A stretch of DNA of 64,000 nt from Candidatus Kaiserbacteria bacterium (GTDB lineage: Bacteria; Patescibacteriota; Minisyncoccia; Phycocordibacterales; UBA2100). Positions 9,952 through 19,677 of this stretch are shown piece by piece (position 1 is the first letter of the stretch; each line of letters starts with the position of its first letter). The notes beneath the pieces are model-generated. The model made no database searches and was not told the origin of the DNA. It saw nothing but the letters and a program-made list of their open reading frames with translations. The DNA lies in assembly GCA_027083345.1 (NCBI GenBank), contig JALWOZ010000010.1, forward strand, positions 7,301 through 71,300. Direction: 5' to 3'. Both the position numbers and the translations under genes were made by a program.

Positions 9952-9972
9952 GTATACCCCCTAAGGGTATAT
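9952..9972. promoter_or_regulatory. candidate CsoR operator: inverted repeat GTATACCC-N5-GGGTATAC immediately upstream of csoR
   Basis: Perfect 8-bp arms. From memory, CsoR operators are GC-core palindromes of the form TACCC...GGGTA. A direct repeat AATCAGTATAC occurs at about 9947 and about 9995. Confidence 0.45.
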
Positions 9973-9985
9973 ACTGCAAATGTAC

Positions 9986-10648
9986 TTATGCACAATCAGT
10001 ATACACATCTACATTATCTTTATTGGATAAAGCACATATTGGCTCAATATAGGACTCAGAAGTTTTAGACAAAGAACTTAGTCGAGCACATTTACCCTCT
10101 CCCGTAGTATATAAAACTATATGGTCAACACTCTCTAGCAAAAACCTAAGAGTAATGGTGATACGCTCTTTAAACTGATTATTGGTATTCTCATGTATAT
10201 ATCCCGTAACCCAATTATCAGTCTCTATGAACAATCTTCTAAATAGATCTTCATTTTCTGGCATAGGCAAAATCCCTGCAATATGTCCATCTGTACCCAT
10301 GCCAAGTAATGTGATTATCTTGCCTTCTGGATGTTGCCTTCGCCATCTTTTATATACCTCCTCCTCTATAGAAATTAAATTAACATTATGCTTTTTTATA
10401 TTCTTAAACCACTTTGTTTGTACCAGTCGCCGTGCATTACTATCTATCTCTCCTACATTGAGTCTTTCATCCACCAACCCTATACTCACTCTCTCATCAA
10501 TATTCTCAACGGCAATATACTCAAGTACACTCATTGCCGAGCCGCCTGACAAAAGTAATAAAACAGGAATACTTTTATATTCTGCCAAGAGTTCACCAAT
10601 ACGCTCTCCAGCGTCTTTACCAATTTGAGTACTTGTATGTAAATGCAT
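9986..10648 (-). CDS. pgl: 6-phosphogluconolactonase
   Basis: GMGTDGHIAG motif, diagnostic of Pgl/NagB-fold lactonases. Adjacent to gnd and zwf. Confidence 0.7.
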   Translation of the reverse strand: MHLHTSTQIGKDAGERIGELLAEYKSIPVLLLLSGGSAMSVLEYIAVENIDERVSIGLVDERLNVGEIDSNARRLVQTKWFKNIKKHNVNLISIEEEVYKRWRRQHPEGKIITLLGMGTDGHIAGILPMPENEDLFRRLFIETDNWVTGYIHENTNNQFKERITITLRFLLESVDHIVLYTTGEGKCARLSSLSKTSESYIEPICALSNKDNVDVYTDCA

Positions 10649-10655
10649 AATTTAT

Positions 10656-11588
10656 TTAATCAACTATTACTTTCAATTCGTACCCAAATACTTTACTAAC
10701 TTCTTGCATATAATTCTTTATATTTTGTTTAAATAATGGCGCACGAACTTTCTGTATTTTACCTATAACATAATAACTCACCGCCATCATAGTTGCATAA
10801 TTTGCATTCTCTGGGAGTGGTATGTGTAAGCGATTACCCTCTTTACCCCAAGCAGTATTACGCTCGGCTTCTGTACCAAAACTAATAAAGAGCTCGTCTC
10901 CAGGTACTACTGTCGTGGCATGAGCAACATACTCGGCAGTCTCTACATCTCGTGCAACTGTGCGTCCAAAGAGCTCAATAAACTTAACTTGCAACATACG
11001 GATAATCCCAGAAAAGCGCGATGGTACAATAAGATAATAGCGATCAAAGAGTGAGAAGTCTGATAATGTCAATTTATCTATCACCTCAATAATATGATTG
11101 TATATTTTCTGCGCATCCTCTTTTGTTGCGCTAAGAATCATAGCCATATAGGTACTGGTATTATATGTATAAGGCTCTCGGTTTTTAGGGTAAGAGTATA
11201 CTATATCTGCTGTCATTGCGGCAGTTGAGTCTGGGCTATTAGTCAAGAGTATGACCTGCTTGCCTAAATCCTTTGCTTTTTGTGCGATTATTGGTGCATG
11301 TTTTTCTCCACTCGCAGAGATAAGTACAACCCCATCTATATTATCTATATTCTTTAATTTCTCTTCATAGGTACTCTCACTGGCAAATATAGCATCCAAC
11401 TTCTCAAAAATAATCCTACCGGTAGCCTCTGCATTACCAGAGCCAACAATTAATGGGCGTTTATACATACTCACATCAATTTGTGGTAACTCTAATTGCA
11501 TAAAGAGCTCGAGAGCTCCCAAAACCACAGTATCTAAATCTGGGAGATTGTCGAGAGTAAAACTTTTTAATATTTTTTGATTTTTCAT
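10656..11588 (-). CDS. hypothetical protein within zwf-gnd-pgl operon (possible OpcA-like G6PD assembly factor or SIS-like protein)
   Basis: Start taken at the internal Met (MKNQKILK) so it does not overlap gnd. No confident motif. Position between gnd and pgl mirrors opcA in actinobacterial zwf operons. Confidence 0.3.
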   Translation of the reverse strand: MKNQKILKSFTLDNLPDLDTVVLGALELFMQLELPQIDVSMYKRPLIVGSGNAEATGRIIFEKLDAIFASESTYEEKLKNIDNIDGVVLISASGEKHAPIIAQKAKDLGKQVILLTNSPDSTAAMTADIVYSYPKNREPYTYNTSTYMAMILSATKEDAQKIYNHIIEVIDKLTLSDFSLFDRYYLIVPSRFSGIIRMLQVKFIELFGRTVARDVETAEYVAHATTVVPGDELFISFGTEAERNTAWGKEGNRLHIPLPENANYATMMAVSYYVIGKIQKVRAPLFKQNIKNYMQEVSKVFGYELKVIVD

Positions 11589-11595
11589 ATATCTC

Positions 11596-12525
11596 TTATG
11601 AGCTAACTTTTGTATTACCTGCATGTCCTCCAAACATATTGCGCATCGTTTGTATAAGTTTACCCGCATAGCTCGGATCTTTCTGACTCTCAATCCTAGC
11701 ATCAAGCGCATGTTGAATAACTCCTGCATCTATACCCATATTTCCAGCCACCTTAAGGGTCCACTCTCCCTCACCAGAGGCACCGGCAGATCCACTCACC
11801 TCTGCAAGATCTTCGCCATAAGTTTGGAATCCTTTTTGTAACCATCCCACTAATCTACTTGTTATTACACTTTGATGTTGGTAGATGTCTGCCACATCTA
11901 GCATCTTTAGGTCGAAGTCTGAATGCTTCATGATATTAAAACCTTCTGCTATTGCTTCCATCATACCGTATTCGATACCATTGTGCACCATCTTTACAAA
12001 GTGCCCGGCACCACTCCTACCCATATATTTATAAGCATCTTTAGCAGATATATCTTTAAACAAATCCTCTAAATAGTTATATGTATCTTTTTCTCCTCCA
12101 ACCATTACGCAAACTCCATTCTTTGCACCTTCAGGACCACCGGAGACTCCAGCGTCAATATATTTTATTCCCTTTTTACTCATCTTTTTGCTTCTCTCTA
12201 TAGATAACTCATATAGTGAATTGCCTCCGTCTATCACAATATCTCCAAAACTTAGTAAGAGCCCTAAATCATCAAGTACTCCGTCTACATAATTATGTGG
12301 CACCATAAGCCAAATAACCCTCTCCCCGGGGTCTCCACTATTGTTTACTAGATCCTTAAGATCTTTATATCCCACACCACCAACCTCTATAAACCTATCC
12401 ACAGCATCATCGTTCACATCAGTAGCAACCACCTTCCACCCTTTAGTTAAGAGCCTGTTAGCCATATTAAAGCCCATTTTACCCAACCCAATATAACCAA
12501 TCTTCTTACTTATTATTTTTGTCAT
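11596..12525 (-). CDS. gnd: 6-phosphogluconate dehydrogenase (decarboxylating), short YqeC/GndA-like form
   Basis: N-terminal Rossmann IGYIGLGKMGFNMANRL. 309 aa short-form 6PGDH. Confidence 0.75.
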   Translation of the reverse strand: MTKIISKKIGYIGLGKMGFNMANRLLTKGWKVVATDVNDDAVDRFIEVGGVGYKDLKDLVNNSGDPGERVIWLMVPHNYVDGVLDDLGLLLSFGDIVIDGGNSLYELSIERSKKMSKKGIKYIDAGVSGGPEGAKNGVCVMVGGEKDTYNYLEDLFKDISAKDAYKYMGRSGAGHFVKMVHNGIEYGMMEAIAEGFNIMKHSDFDLKMLDVADIYQHQSVITSRLVGWLQKGFQTYGEDLAEVSGSAGASGEGEWTLKVAGNMGIDAGVIQHALDARIESQKDPSYAGKLIQTMRNMFGGHAGNTKVSS

Positions 12526-12543
12526 TATTATATTCTTATTTTA

Positions 12544-13944
12544 TTAAAGATTCTTATTAAACTCTTGCAACAAAGGCATAGTACCCTTTTTATATGACAC
12601 CAAAGGCACACTCTCCCAATTGTTAATTATAGGAGTTATAAACTTCCATGCCGCACACACCTCTTGAGCTGTTGGGAATATTGTACGATTACCTAAAATA
12701 GCATCTCTTAAAACTTGCTCATATGCATCAGGCAATCCTTTACTATCATCATATACATATTTTAACTCTTGAGATTCTAATACATATTCTAAGCCGGGCT
12801 TTTTAACCCAAAATCGTATAGATATTTGTTTTTGAGGTTGTAGAGAGAAAGTTAGCCTATTACCATGCTCATGACCTTCTCCATTAACACCACAAACACA
12901 AGGGGTACGCCTTTTAAATTGTACTTGTATCTCTATATTGTCTTCTGGCATACCTTTACCCCCTTCTATCAAAAACGAAACCCCTTGCCAAACCGGTGAG
13001 TCCACAAAAGCCCGTATAGCAAAATATGTCTCAGTATCTGAATTGTCGCTTATACCAGCAGTATCTCTATAACTGTCATATTGAGCTCTAAATGTATTCT
13101 TAGCTACTTCTTCTTTACTAGAGTACACCCTTAGAGAATTTAATATACCCAAACGCATAGAAGAGATTTTCTCAGCATTTAGCTCCCCGGGGCTGTCCAT
13201 TGCCAACAAGGTTAACAATTGCAATAGGTGATTCTGCCCGACATCTCTTAGGGCTCCAACTGTCTCATAAAAAGCTCCTCTATTCTCAACATCTCCACTT
13301 TCATACATCTTTATATGAACAGACTCGACATGGTTATTATCCCAAGTATGCTCGAATAATGCATTTGAAAATCTAAAAGCTATCAGATTCTCTATAGTAT
13401 CTTTCGCCAGGTAATGATCTACCCTAAATATTTGAGTCTCTTTTAAATATTGATTAATTATACTATTGAGCTCCTCTGCACTCTCACTATCATAACCAAA
13501 TGGCTTCTCTACTAAGATCCTACTCCAATTAGTGGGACCCTCTATAGCAACTTCACTATTACCTAAATTTTTAAAAACTTCTTTATATAAAGTGGGAGGT
13601 ACTGCTAGGTGAAAGAGTCTATTACCTCTAACATCAACTCCTAACTCATGTTCCATATCCAAAATAGCAGCACCAAGCTTGTGATACGCTTCTTCATCTA
13701 ATAGATCCATTTGTAGATAAGAAAGTATATCCAAAAATTCTTCAGACACTCCGTTAACTTTCCCTGCTACATAATCCTTAAAAGTTGTTGTACTCATTTG
13801 TTCTCTAGACACTCCTAAAATCCTTACATCTTTAGGCAAATTTCTACGTTTATATAGATCAGATAAAGAAGGTAACAGTTTACGCCAAGCTAAATCTCCC
13901 ATGGCCCCAAAAAGTATTATTGTAGTAGGTGTGTTAAATGTCAT
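12544..13944 (-). CDS. zwf: glucose-6-phosphate 1-dehydrogenase
   Basis: ILFGAMGDLAWRKLLPSL NADP-binding motif. RVDHYLAKD active-site motif. An alternative start is 13962. Confidence 0.85.
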   Translation of the reverse strand: MTFNTPTTIILFGAMGDLAWRKLLPSLSDLYKRRNLPKDVRILGVSREQMSTTTFKDYVAGKVNGVSEEFLDILSYLQMDLLDEEAYHKLGAAILDMEHELGVDVRGNRLFHLAVPPTLYKEVFKNLGNSEVAIEGPTNWSRILVEKPFGYDSESAEELNSIINQYLKETQIFRVDHYLAKDTIENLIAFRFSNALFEHTWDNNHVESVHIKMYESGDVENRGAFYETVGALRDVGQNHLLQLLTLLAMDSPGELNAEKISSMRLGILNSLRVYSSKEEVAKNTFRAQYDSYRDTAGISDNSDTETYFAIRAFVDSPVWQGVSFLIEGGKGMPEDNIEIQVQFKRRTPCVCGVNGEGHEHGNRLTFSLQPQKQISIRFWVKKPGLEYVLESQELKYVYDDSKGLPDAYEQVLRDAILGNRTIFPTAQEVCAAWKFITPIINNWESVPLVSYKKGTMPLLQEFNKNL

Positions 13945-14020
13945 ATATGAGTAACTGTTCATATATAATACTACACCTATACTGCTTACACAAAAATACA
14001 ATGTGCATAATCATTACGCA

Positions 14021-14332
14021 CTATTTATAAAAGATCTCAAGAGCTTGAACTAGCTTTTTAGTAAATTCCGAGTCTGTTAGGCTATAACACATAGATTGCC
14101 CAACTCTAACACATTCAACAATTTTTAAAGCTTCCATCTTATTAAGTTGATGACTAGCTGCTGAATGAGTAAGCCCTATAGTCTCTGCAACCTCGTATAC
14201 GCATTGTCCACTCTTCTCAGCATCTACTAGAAGTTTAATTATCCTACACCTTGTAGGGTCTGCTATTATTGCAAATATAGAGGCAGCCTCTGTAGCTTTT
14301 TTATATTCCTTTTTCTTCTTATTACCAAACAT
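14021..14332 (-). CDS. ArsR/SmtB family transcriptional regulator
   Basis: Winged HTH CRIIKLLVDAEKSGQCVYEVAETIGLTHSAASHQLNKM. Confidence 0.7.
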   Translation of the reverse strand: MFGNKKKKEYKKATEAASIFAIIADPTRCRIIKLLVDAEKSGQCVYEVAETIGLTHSAASHQLNKMEALKIVECVRVGQSMCYSLTDSEFTKKLVQALEIFYK

Positions 14333-14352
14333 AACTATATTTTTATTATTAA

Positions 14353-15360
14353 TTGAGTATACTATATATTGTACTACTTATGAAGCACTCTCACCCTAAA
14401 CCAAATCTAAAAGTACAGATATTTGTATCTATAATAGCGCTAGCATTTTTAACCGTCTTGCTACTGACCATTAAGGGTGATGCTCATTATTGGTTAAGAT
14501 TTTGGTGGATGTTCCCCATAGCTTTAAGCATAGCTATAACTGTCAACACTTTGGGTATAAGTGGCGCTGCTTTATTTGTGCCATTCTTTATTTTAATCTT
14601 CCCTATCTTTGCAGACCCATTAACCACCACCCAAAGTGTTAAGCTGGGCCTTATAACAGAGTCCTTTGGATTGTCTAGCTCTGCTTTGGCTTTTTGGGTT
14701 TTTGGTTTGGTAGATAAAAAGTTGGCTACTTACGCAATAATAGGTGCATTACCTTTAGTTATAACTGGGGCTCTCATTACTTCTTTTATACCTCATAGTA
14801 TATTACTACTTATGATTGCTAGCTTACTAATTATCTCTATAACCTTACTTAAATACACAAAGACTCTTCAAAAACACAGGTTAGAAGAGTTATCTAAAAA
14901 TCCAATAGACTATTCAAAAACAAAAGGAGAAAAAGTTACTAAAACCAGCTTAGACGGCGTTCACTATAATTACTGTCGTACCAAAATCGGATACTACAAA
15001 CGCTTTATAGGATACGGCATAGGGGGCTTCTTTCAAGGAGCCGCAGGCTTTGGTATAGGAGAGATGGGTATTATCTCAATGATCCTCACAAAGATACCCA
15101 CACGCATAGCAGTAGGTACAAGTCATATAGTGGTAGCCAGCACTGCAATTATTGCATCTTTTATACATGTATCTCTAGTTAACTCAACCCTAGATAGTGT
15201 CCCTTGGAATATACCATTTATTACGGTACCGGCAGTGATAATAGGAGGTCAACTAGCTCCATATATAACTTCTAAATTACCAACTAAATGGCTTGAAAGA
15301 TTTATTAGCGCTCTATTTTTACTTATAGCAATTTCTTTAGTCATACTAGCCTTTAATTAA
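14353..15360 (+). CDS. TauE/SafE (DUF81) family anion exporter-like membrane protein
   Basis: Two-repeat polytopic membrane protein with GISGAALFVPF and GIGEMGIISMIL glycine motifs. The true start may lie downstream (14380 or 14509), because it sits only 20 bp from the divergent arsR start. Confidence 0.45.
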   Translation: MSILYIVLLMKHSHPKPNLKVQIFVSIIALAFLTVLLLTIKGDAHYWLRFWWMFPIALSIAITVNTLGISGAALFVPFFILIFPIFADPLTTTQSVKLGLITESFGLSSSALAFWVFGLVDKKLATYAIIGALPLVITGALITSFIPHSILLLMIASLLIISITLLKYTKTLQKHRLEELSKNPIDYSKTKGEKVTKTSLDGVHYNYCRTKIGYYKRFIGYGIGGFFQGAAGFGIGEMGIISMILTKIPTRIAVGTSHIVVASTAIIASFIHVSLVNSTLDSVPWNIPFITVPAVIIGGQLAPYITSKLPTKWLERFISALFLLIAISLVILAFN

Positions 15361-15409
15361 AAGCTCCATGATATAATTTATTAACCTTTAACAACATTAA
15401 TTATAATCT

Positions 15410-17812
15410 ATGGATAATCCTACAAATTTTAAAGGTCTTTCAGACTCTCAAGTAAAAGATCTTAGACAAAAATATGGAGCTAATGAGTTAGTTGAGATAA
15501 AAGACTCTACATTAATATGGATACTAAAAAAGTTCCTGAACCCCATAACCATAATGATAGAATTTGCTCTTATTTTATCTTTTTTGGCTCATAAGACTGA
15601 GGACTTTGTAATAATTACAATACTCTTGTTGGTGAATGTGGGTATAGAGATGTGGCAAGAGAAGAAGGCCTCAAATGCTCTCGAGGCTCTGAAAGAGACA
15701 TTAACCCCTACTGCGGTTGTCTTACGCAATAACTCTTTCGTAACAATACCGGCCAGAGAACTTGTACCCGGAGATATTATCAAGATTGTTATTGGAGACA
15801 TAGTGCCTGCAGATGTAAAAATTATAAGCAACGACATAGTAGAGGTAGACCAAGCATCTATAACAGGAGAATCTCTGGCAGTAGAACACAAAAAAGAAGA
15901 TACACTATACGCCACCTCAATAGTTCAAAAAGGTTCTGCTTATGCTGAGGTTATTGCAATAGGCAGTGCCACATTTATAGGTAAAAGTGCTGAGTTAGTA
16001 AAGCGCGCCGAAATACAAGAAGAGAGCCACTTTCAAAAAGCTATAATAAACATAGGTAAATTTTTAGCTGTATTGTCAGCCACTTTAATAATACTCACCT
16101 CAATAGCTCTATGGTACAAAGGAGACTCTTTAATAGAGATACTACAATTCGCTTTGGTATTAGCTGTGGCCTCTATACCAGTAGCCTTACCTGCAGTACT
16201 CTCTGTAACTATGGCAGTAGGAGCCTCTGCTCTAACAAAATATAAAGCTGTAGTGGCTAACTTTAAGGCTGTTGAGGAACTGGCGGGAGTAGATACTTTG
16301 TGTGTAGACAAGACCGGCACTCTAACCAAAAATGAGCTCTCTATAACACAACCAATAACATATAATAATGAATCATTAAAAACTTTGTTTACATATGCTA
16401 TCTTAGCTTCTGAGATAAATCATAAAAATAACATAGAATTAGCGATAGGGCGTGTTGCAAAAGAATATGATGTACTAGCCAAAGACCTAAAACAAATATA
16501 CACAATAACTAAATTTATATCATTTACACCATCTACCAAATCTACAGAGGCTTTTTTAACAACAAAAGACGATGAGAAGTTCTCAATAGTTATGGGTGCC
16601 CCACAAATTATAGCAAACTCTTTAACTAACCTAGACACTAAAAAACAATTAGAAGAAGATGTGGCAAAATTAGCAAAAGATGGCCTACGCTCTTTAGCTA
16701 TTATCAAGAAAACAAACAACACTGTAGAACTAGTAGGACTACTACCTATGATAGACCCCCCAAGAGAAGACTCTAAAACAGTAATATCTGCAATACGCAA
16801 TTATAATATACAAATAAAAATGATTACGGGAGACAACTCTGCAATAGCCAGATTTATAGGTAAAATACTAAACTTAGGTACAAATGTTAAAAATACCCAA
16901 GAACTAAACTCTACTAATAATATTGAGAAATTAATACACAGCACAAATATTTTTGCTGAGGTTGTACCTGAAGATAAATACAATATTATAGACTCTCTCC
17001 AAAAAAATGGGCACATAGTAGCCATGACAGGAGACGGCGTCAATGATGCACCAGCCCTTAAGAAGGCAGACATTGGCATTGCCGTCTCTGGTGCCTCCCC
17101 TGCCGCACGCTCAGCCGCTGATGTTGTGCTTACCGATCCCGGTCTAAGTACCATAAAAATAGCACTGGAGCACGCCAGGCAAGTCTTTGCCCGTATGCAA
17201 GGTTACGCAACTTTCCGTATAGCAGAGACGGTGCGGGTAGTATTTTTTGTTAGTCTTTCGGTGTTCTTTTTTGGCTTTACACCTATACCTGCCATTATGA
17301 TAGTGTTACTTGCCCTACTTAACGACATCCCTGTAATGGCTATGGCTTACGATAATGCGCCGGTAAACAAAGACCCTGTAAGATGGGACTTGTACGAAAC
17401 AATAACCGTCTCTAGTGTGCTAGGTATAGCTGGCTTAATATCCTCTTTCTTGTTGCTATATATATTACAAGCTAGTGCAGTACCTTTAACTGTTATCTAT
17501 ACTATACTATTTATTAAACTTGACGTATCTGGGCACTCCACTCTATACACAACACGTACTGGCCATAAGCACTTTTGGGAGAGACCATTCCCCTCTCTAA
17601 AATTCTTCTTACCCGCATTTGGGTCTAGACTAGTTGGTACTCTTTTAGCTATTTTTGGTATATTTATGCAACCTATAAGTATAGTGGCCATATTGGCAAT
17701 ATGGACATACAGTACAATATGGTTCTTATTTAATGACCAAATAAAAGTCTTAACATACAAGATCCTATATAAATTTAGAAAGAAAAACACAACTATACAC
17801 CAAGCTTATTAA
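15410..17812 (+). CDS. P-type ATPase, P3A (plasma-membrane H+-ATPase/PMA-like) subfamily
   Basis: DKTGTLTKNEL, MITGDN, MTGDGVNDAPALKKADIGIAV, and the TM6 motif MAMAYDNAP, which matches the PMA1 AIAYDNAPYS region. Confidence 0.75.
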   Translation: MDNPTNFKGLSDSQVKDLRQKYGANELVEIKDSTLIWILKKFLNPITIMIEFALILSFLAHKTEDFVIITILLLVNVGIEMWQEKKASNALEALKETLTPTAVVLRNNSFVTIPARELVPGDIIKIVIGDIVPADVKIISNDIVEVDQASITGESLAVEHKKEDTLYATSIVQKGSAYAEVIAIGSATFIGKSAELVKRAEIQEESHFQKAIINIGKFLAVLSATLIILTSIALWYKGDSLIEILQFALVLAVASIPVALPAVLSVTMAVGASALTKYKAVVANFKAVEELAGVDTLCVDKTGTLTKNELSITQPITYNNESLKTLFTYAILASEINHKNNIELAIGRVAKEYDVLAKDLKQIYTITKFISFTPSTKSTEAFLTTKDDEKFSIVMGAPQIIANSLTNLDTKKQLEEDVAKLAKDGLRSLAIIKKTNNTVELVGLLPMIDPPREDSKTVISAIRNYNIQIKMITGDNSAIARFIGKILNLGTNVKNTQELNSTNNIEKLIHSTNIFAEVVPEDKYNIIDSLQKNGHIVAMTGDGVNDAPALKKADIGIAVSGASPAARSAADVVLTDPGLSTIKIALEHARQVFARMQGYATFRIAETVRVVFFVSLSVFFFGFTPIPAIMIVLLALLNDIPVMAMAYDNAPVNKDPVRWDLYETITVSSVLGIAGLISSFLLLYILQASAVPLTVIYTILFIKLDVSGHSTLYTTRTGHKHFWERPFPSLKFFLPAFGSRLVGTLLAIFGIFMQPISIVAILAIWTYSTIWFLFNDQIKVLTYKILYKFRKKNTTIHQAY

Positions 17813-19617
17813 ACTTTCTTATTTCTCTTGCGCTCATTCTCAGTAAGATATTGCTTACGCAAACGTATATCATCTGGTGTTACCTCTAGGTACTCATCTG
17901 CTCGCATCAAACCAAGTGCCTTCTCTAGTGTTAGCTCCATTGGTGGTGTTAGTTTTATAGTCTCGTCTGTACCTGCTGCACGCATATTAGTCAATTGCTT
18001 ACCCTTTGTTGGGTTAACCATCATATCTTCACCTTTGGCAGTGTTGCCCACTACCATACCCTCATACACCTCTGTAGTTGGGCCGATATATAGCACTCCG
18101 CGAGTTTGCAGATTAGTAAGTGCAAAGGTGAGTGCCTTACCTCTAGCCATAGAGATCATAGAGCCAAGCTCCGTCTTAACTATCTCTCCAGCATAAGGCT
18201 TAAACTCTGTAAAGATGCTCGTAAGTATGCCCTCGCCCTTAGTGTCTACTACAAACTCATTGGCATAACCGAGTAAGCCTCTGGTGGGTATGTCAAACTT
18301 CATACTCACCTGCCCGTTCTCTGTCTTCATATCGCTCATGATACCGCGCCTCTTGCCCAACTTCTCTATGATTACTCCACTATACTCCTCTGGTACAAAT
18401 ATACTCACCTCCTCAAAGGGCTCGTATTTTTGCCCATCTCGCTCCTCAGTAATAACCTCAGGTTGACTCACAGCAAGTTCAAAGCCCTCTCTACGCATAT
18501 TCTCTATAAGTATGGCTAGGTGCAACTCTCCACGCCCAGAGACTTTATAGCGCACCCCATCATCAAGCTCTGCACTTAGTCCAACGTTCACCTCTAGCTC
18601 CTTCTCTAGCCTATCGCGTATTTGTCTGCTAGTGAGGAACTTGCCACCCTGCCCAGCAAAGGGTGAGTCATTAACAAACATGTGCAATGACAACGTTGGC
18701 TTGTCTATAGTTATCTCTGGCAATGGCTCTGCACCTTCGCTATCGCTTATAGTCTGACCAATATAAATCTCCGGTATACCAGCTAGCATCACAATATCTC
18801 CTGCCTTTGCCTCTGCAACCTCCTTTTTACTCATACCCTCAAAGGTATAGAGTTTACTCAGCTTGCCCGTGTATTTATTACCCTCCGCATCTTGTACAAA
18901 GACATTACTCTTATCTTTAAGAGTACCACTATATATACGACAGATACCCATACGCCCTAAGAAGTTGTCGTACGCAAGGTTAAATACTTGCGCGCGCAAT
19001 GGCTCATTGTCTAAATTACCCTTATTGGCTGGAGGCACAACCTCTAATATTAAATCTAGTAATGGTGTTAAATCTTTAGACTCATCACTCATCTCTCTCT
19101 TGGCTATACCATCTCGCCCCACAGCATAGATAGTCTCAAAGTCTAGTTGCTCATCAGTAGCACCAAGATCCATAAAGAGCTCGTATACATCTTCTTGAGC
19201 TTTGTCTACATCTGCGCCAGGCTTGTCTATCTTATTAAGCACAAGTATTGGTTTTAGCCCAAGCTCAAGACTCTTCTTAAGTACAAACTTAGTCTGTGGC
19301 ATTGGGCCCTCTTGTGCATCTACTATTAGCAGTACTGAGTCTATAGAGCGCAATACACGCTCTACCTCAGAGCCAAAGTCGGCGTGGCCTGGAGTGTCTA
19401 AGATGTTTATCTTAGTAGGTTCTCGCCCTGAGCTTGTCGAAGGGTACATCAACGAGGTGTTCTTAGCATAGATAGTGATACCGCGCTCTTGCTCTATCTT
19501 GTCTGAGTCCATAGATACACCCTTTTGCACCATGCCTGTTTGCTCAAGCATTGCATCTGTAAGAGTTGTCTTACCGTGGTCTACATGGGCTATTATTGCT
19601 ATATTTCTTATCTCCAT
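17809..19617 (-). CDS. typA: translational GTPase TypA/BipA
   Basis: [29 protein letters not shown]. 602 aa with the BipA-specific C-terminal domain length. Confidence 0.85.
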   Translation of the reverse strand: MEIRNIAIIAHVDHGKTTLTDAMLEQTGMVQKGVSMDSDKIEQERGITIYAKNTSLMYPSTSSGREPTKINILDTPGHADFGSEVERVLRSIDSVLLIVDAQEGPMPQTKFVLKKSLELGLKPILVLNKIDKPGADVDKAQEDVYELFMDLGATDEQLDFETIYAVGRDGIAKREMSDESKDLTPLLDLILEVVPPANKGNLDNEPLRAQVFNLAYDNFLGRMGICRIYSGTLKDKSNVFVQDAEGNKYTGKLSKLYTFEGMSKKEVAEAKAGDIVMLAGIPEIYIGQTISDSEGAEPLPEITIDKPTLSLHMFVNDSPFAGQGGKFLTSRQIRDRLEKELEVNVGLSAELDDGVRYKVSGRGELHLAILIENMRREGFELAVSQPEVITEERDGQKYEPFEEVSIFVPEEYSGVIIEKLGKRRGIMSDMKTENGQVSMKFDIPTRGLLGYANEFVVDTKGEGILTSIFTEFKPYAGEIVKTELGSMISMARGKALTFALTNLQTRGVLYIGPTTEVYEGMVVGNTAKGEDMMVNPTKGKQLTNMRAAGTDETIKLTPPMELTLEKALGLMRADEYLEVTPDDIRLRKQYLTENERKRNKKV

Positions 19618-19677
19618 AAGTGCTAGAGTATACGCTATTTCTAGCTTTTTGCTAGAGTTCTGCTAAGATACTCACTA

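Noticed and set aside
10656-11729. N-terminal 47-codon extension of the ORF (MQELFNMRLM...) overlapping the 3' end of gnd
   Set aside because: It overlaps the well-supported gnd CDS on the same strand in a different frame. An internal Met at 11588 gives a non-overlapping gene, so the extension is likely spurious.
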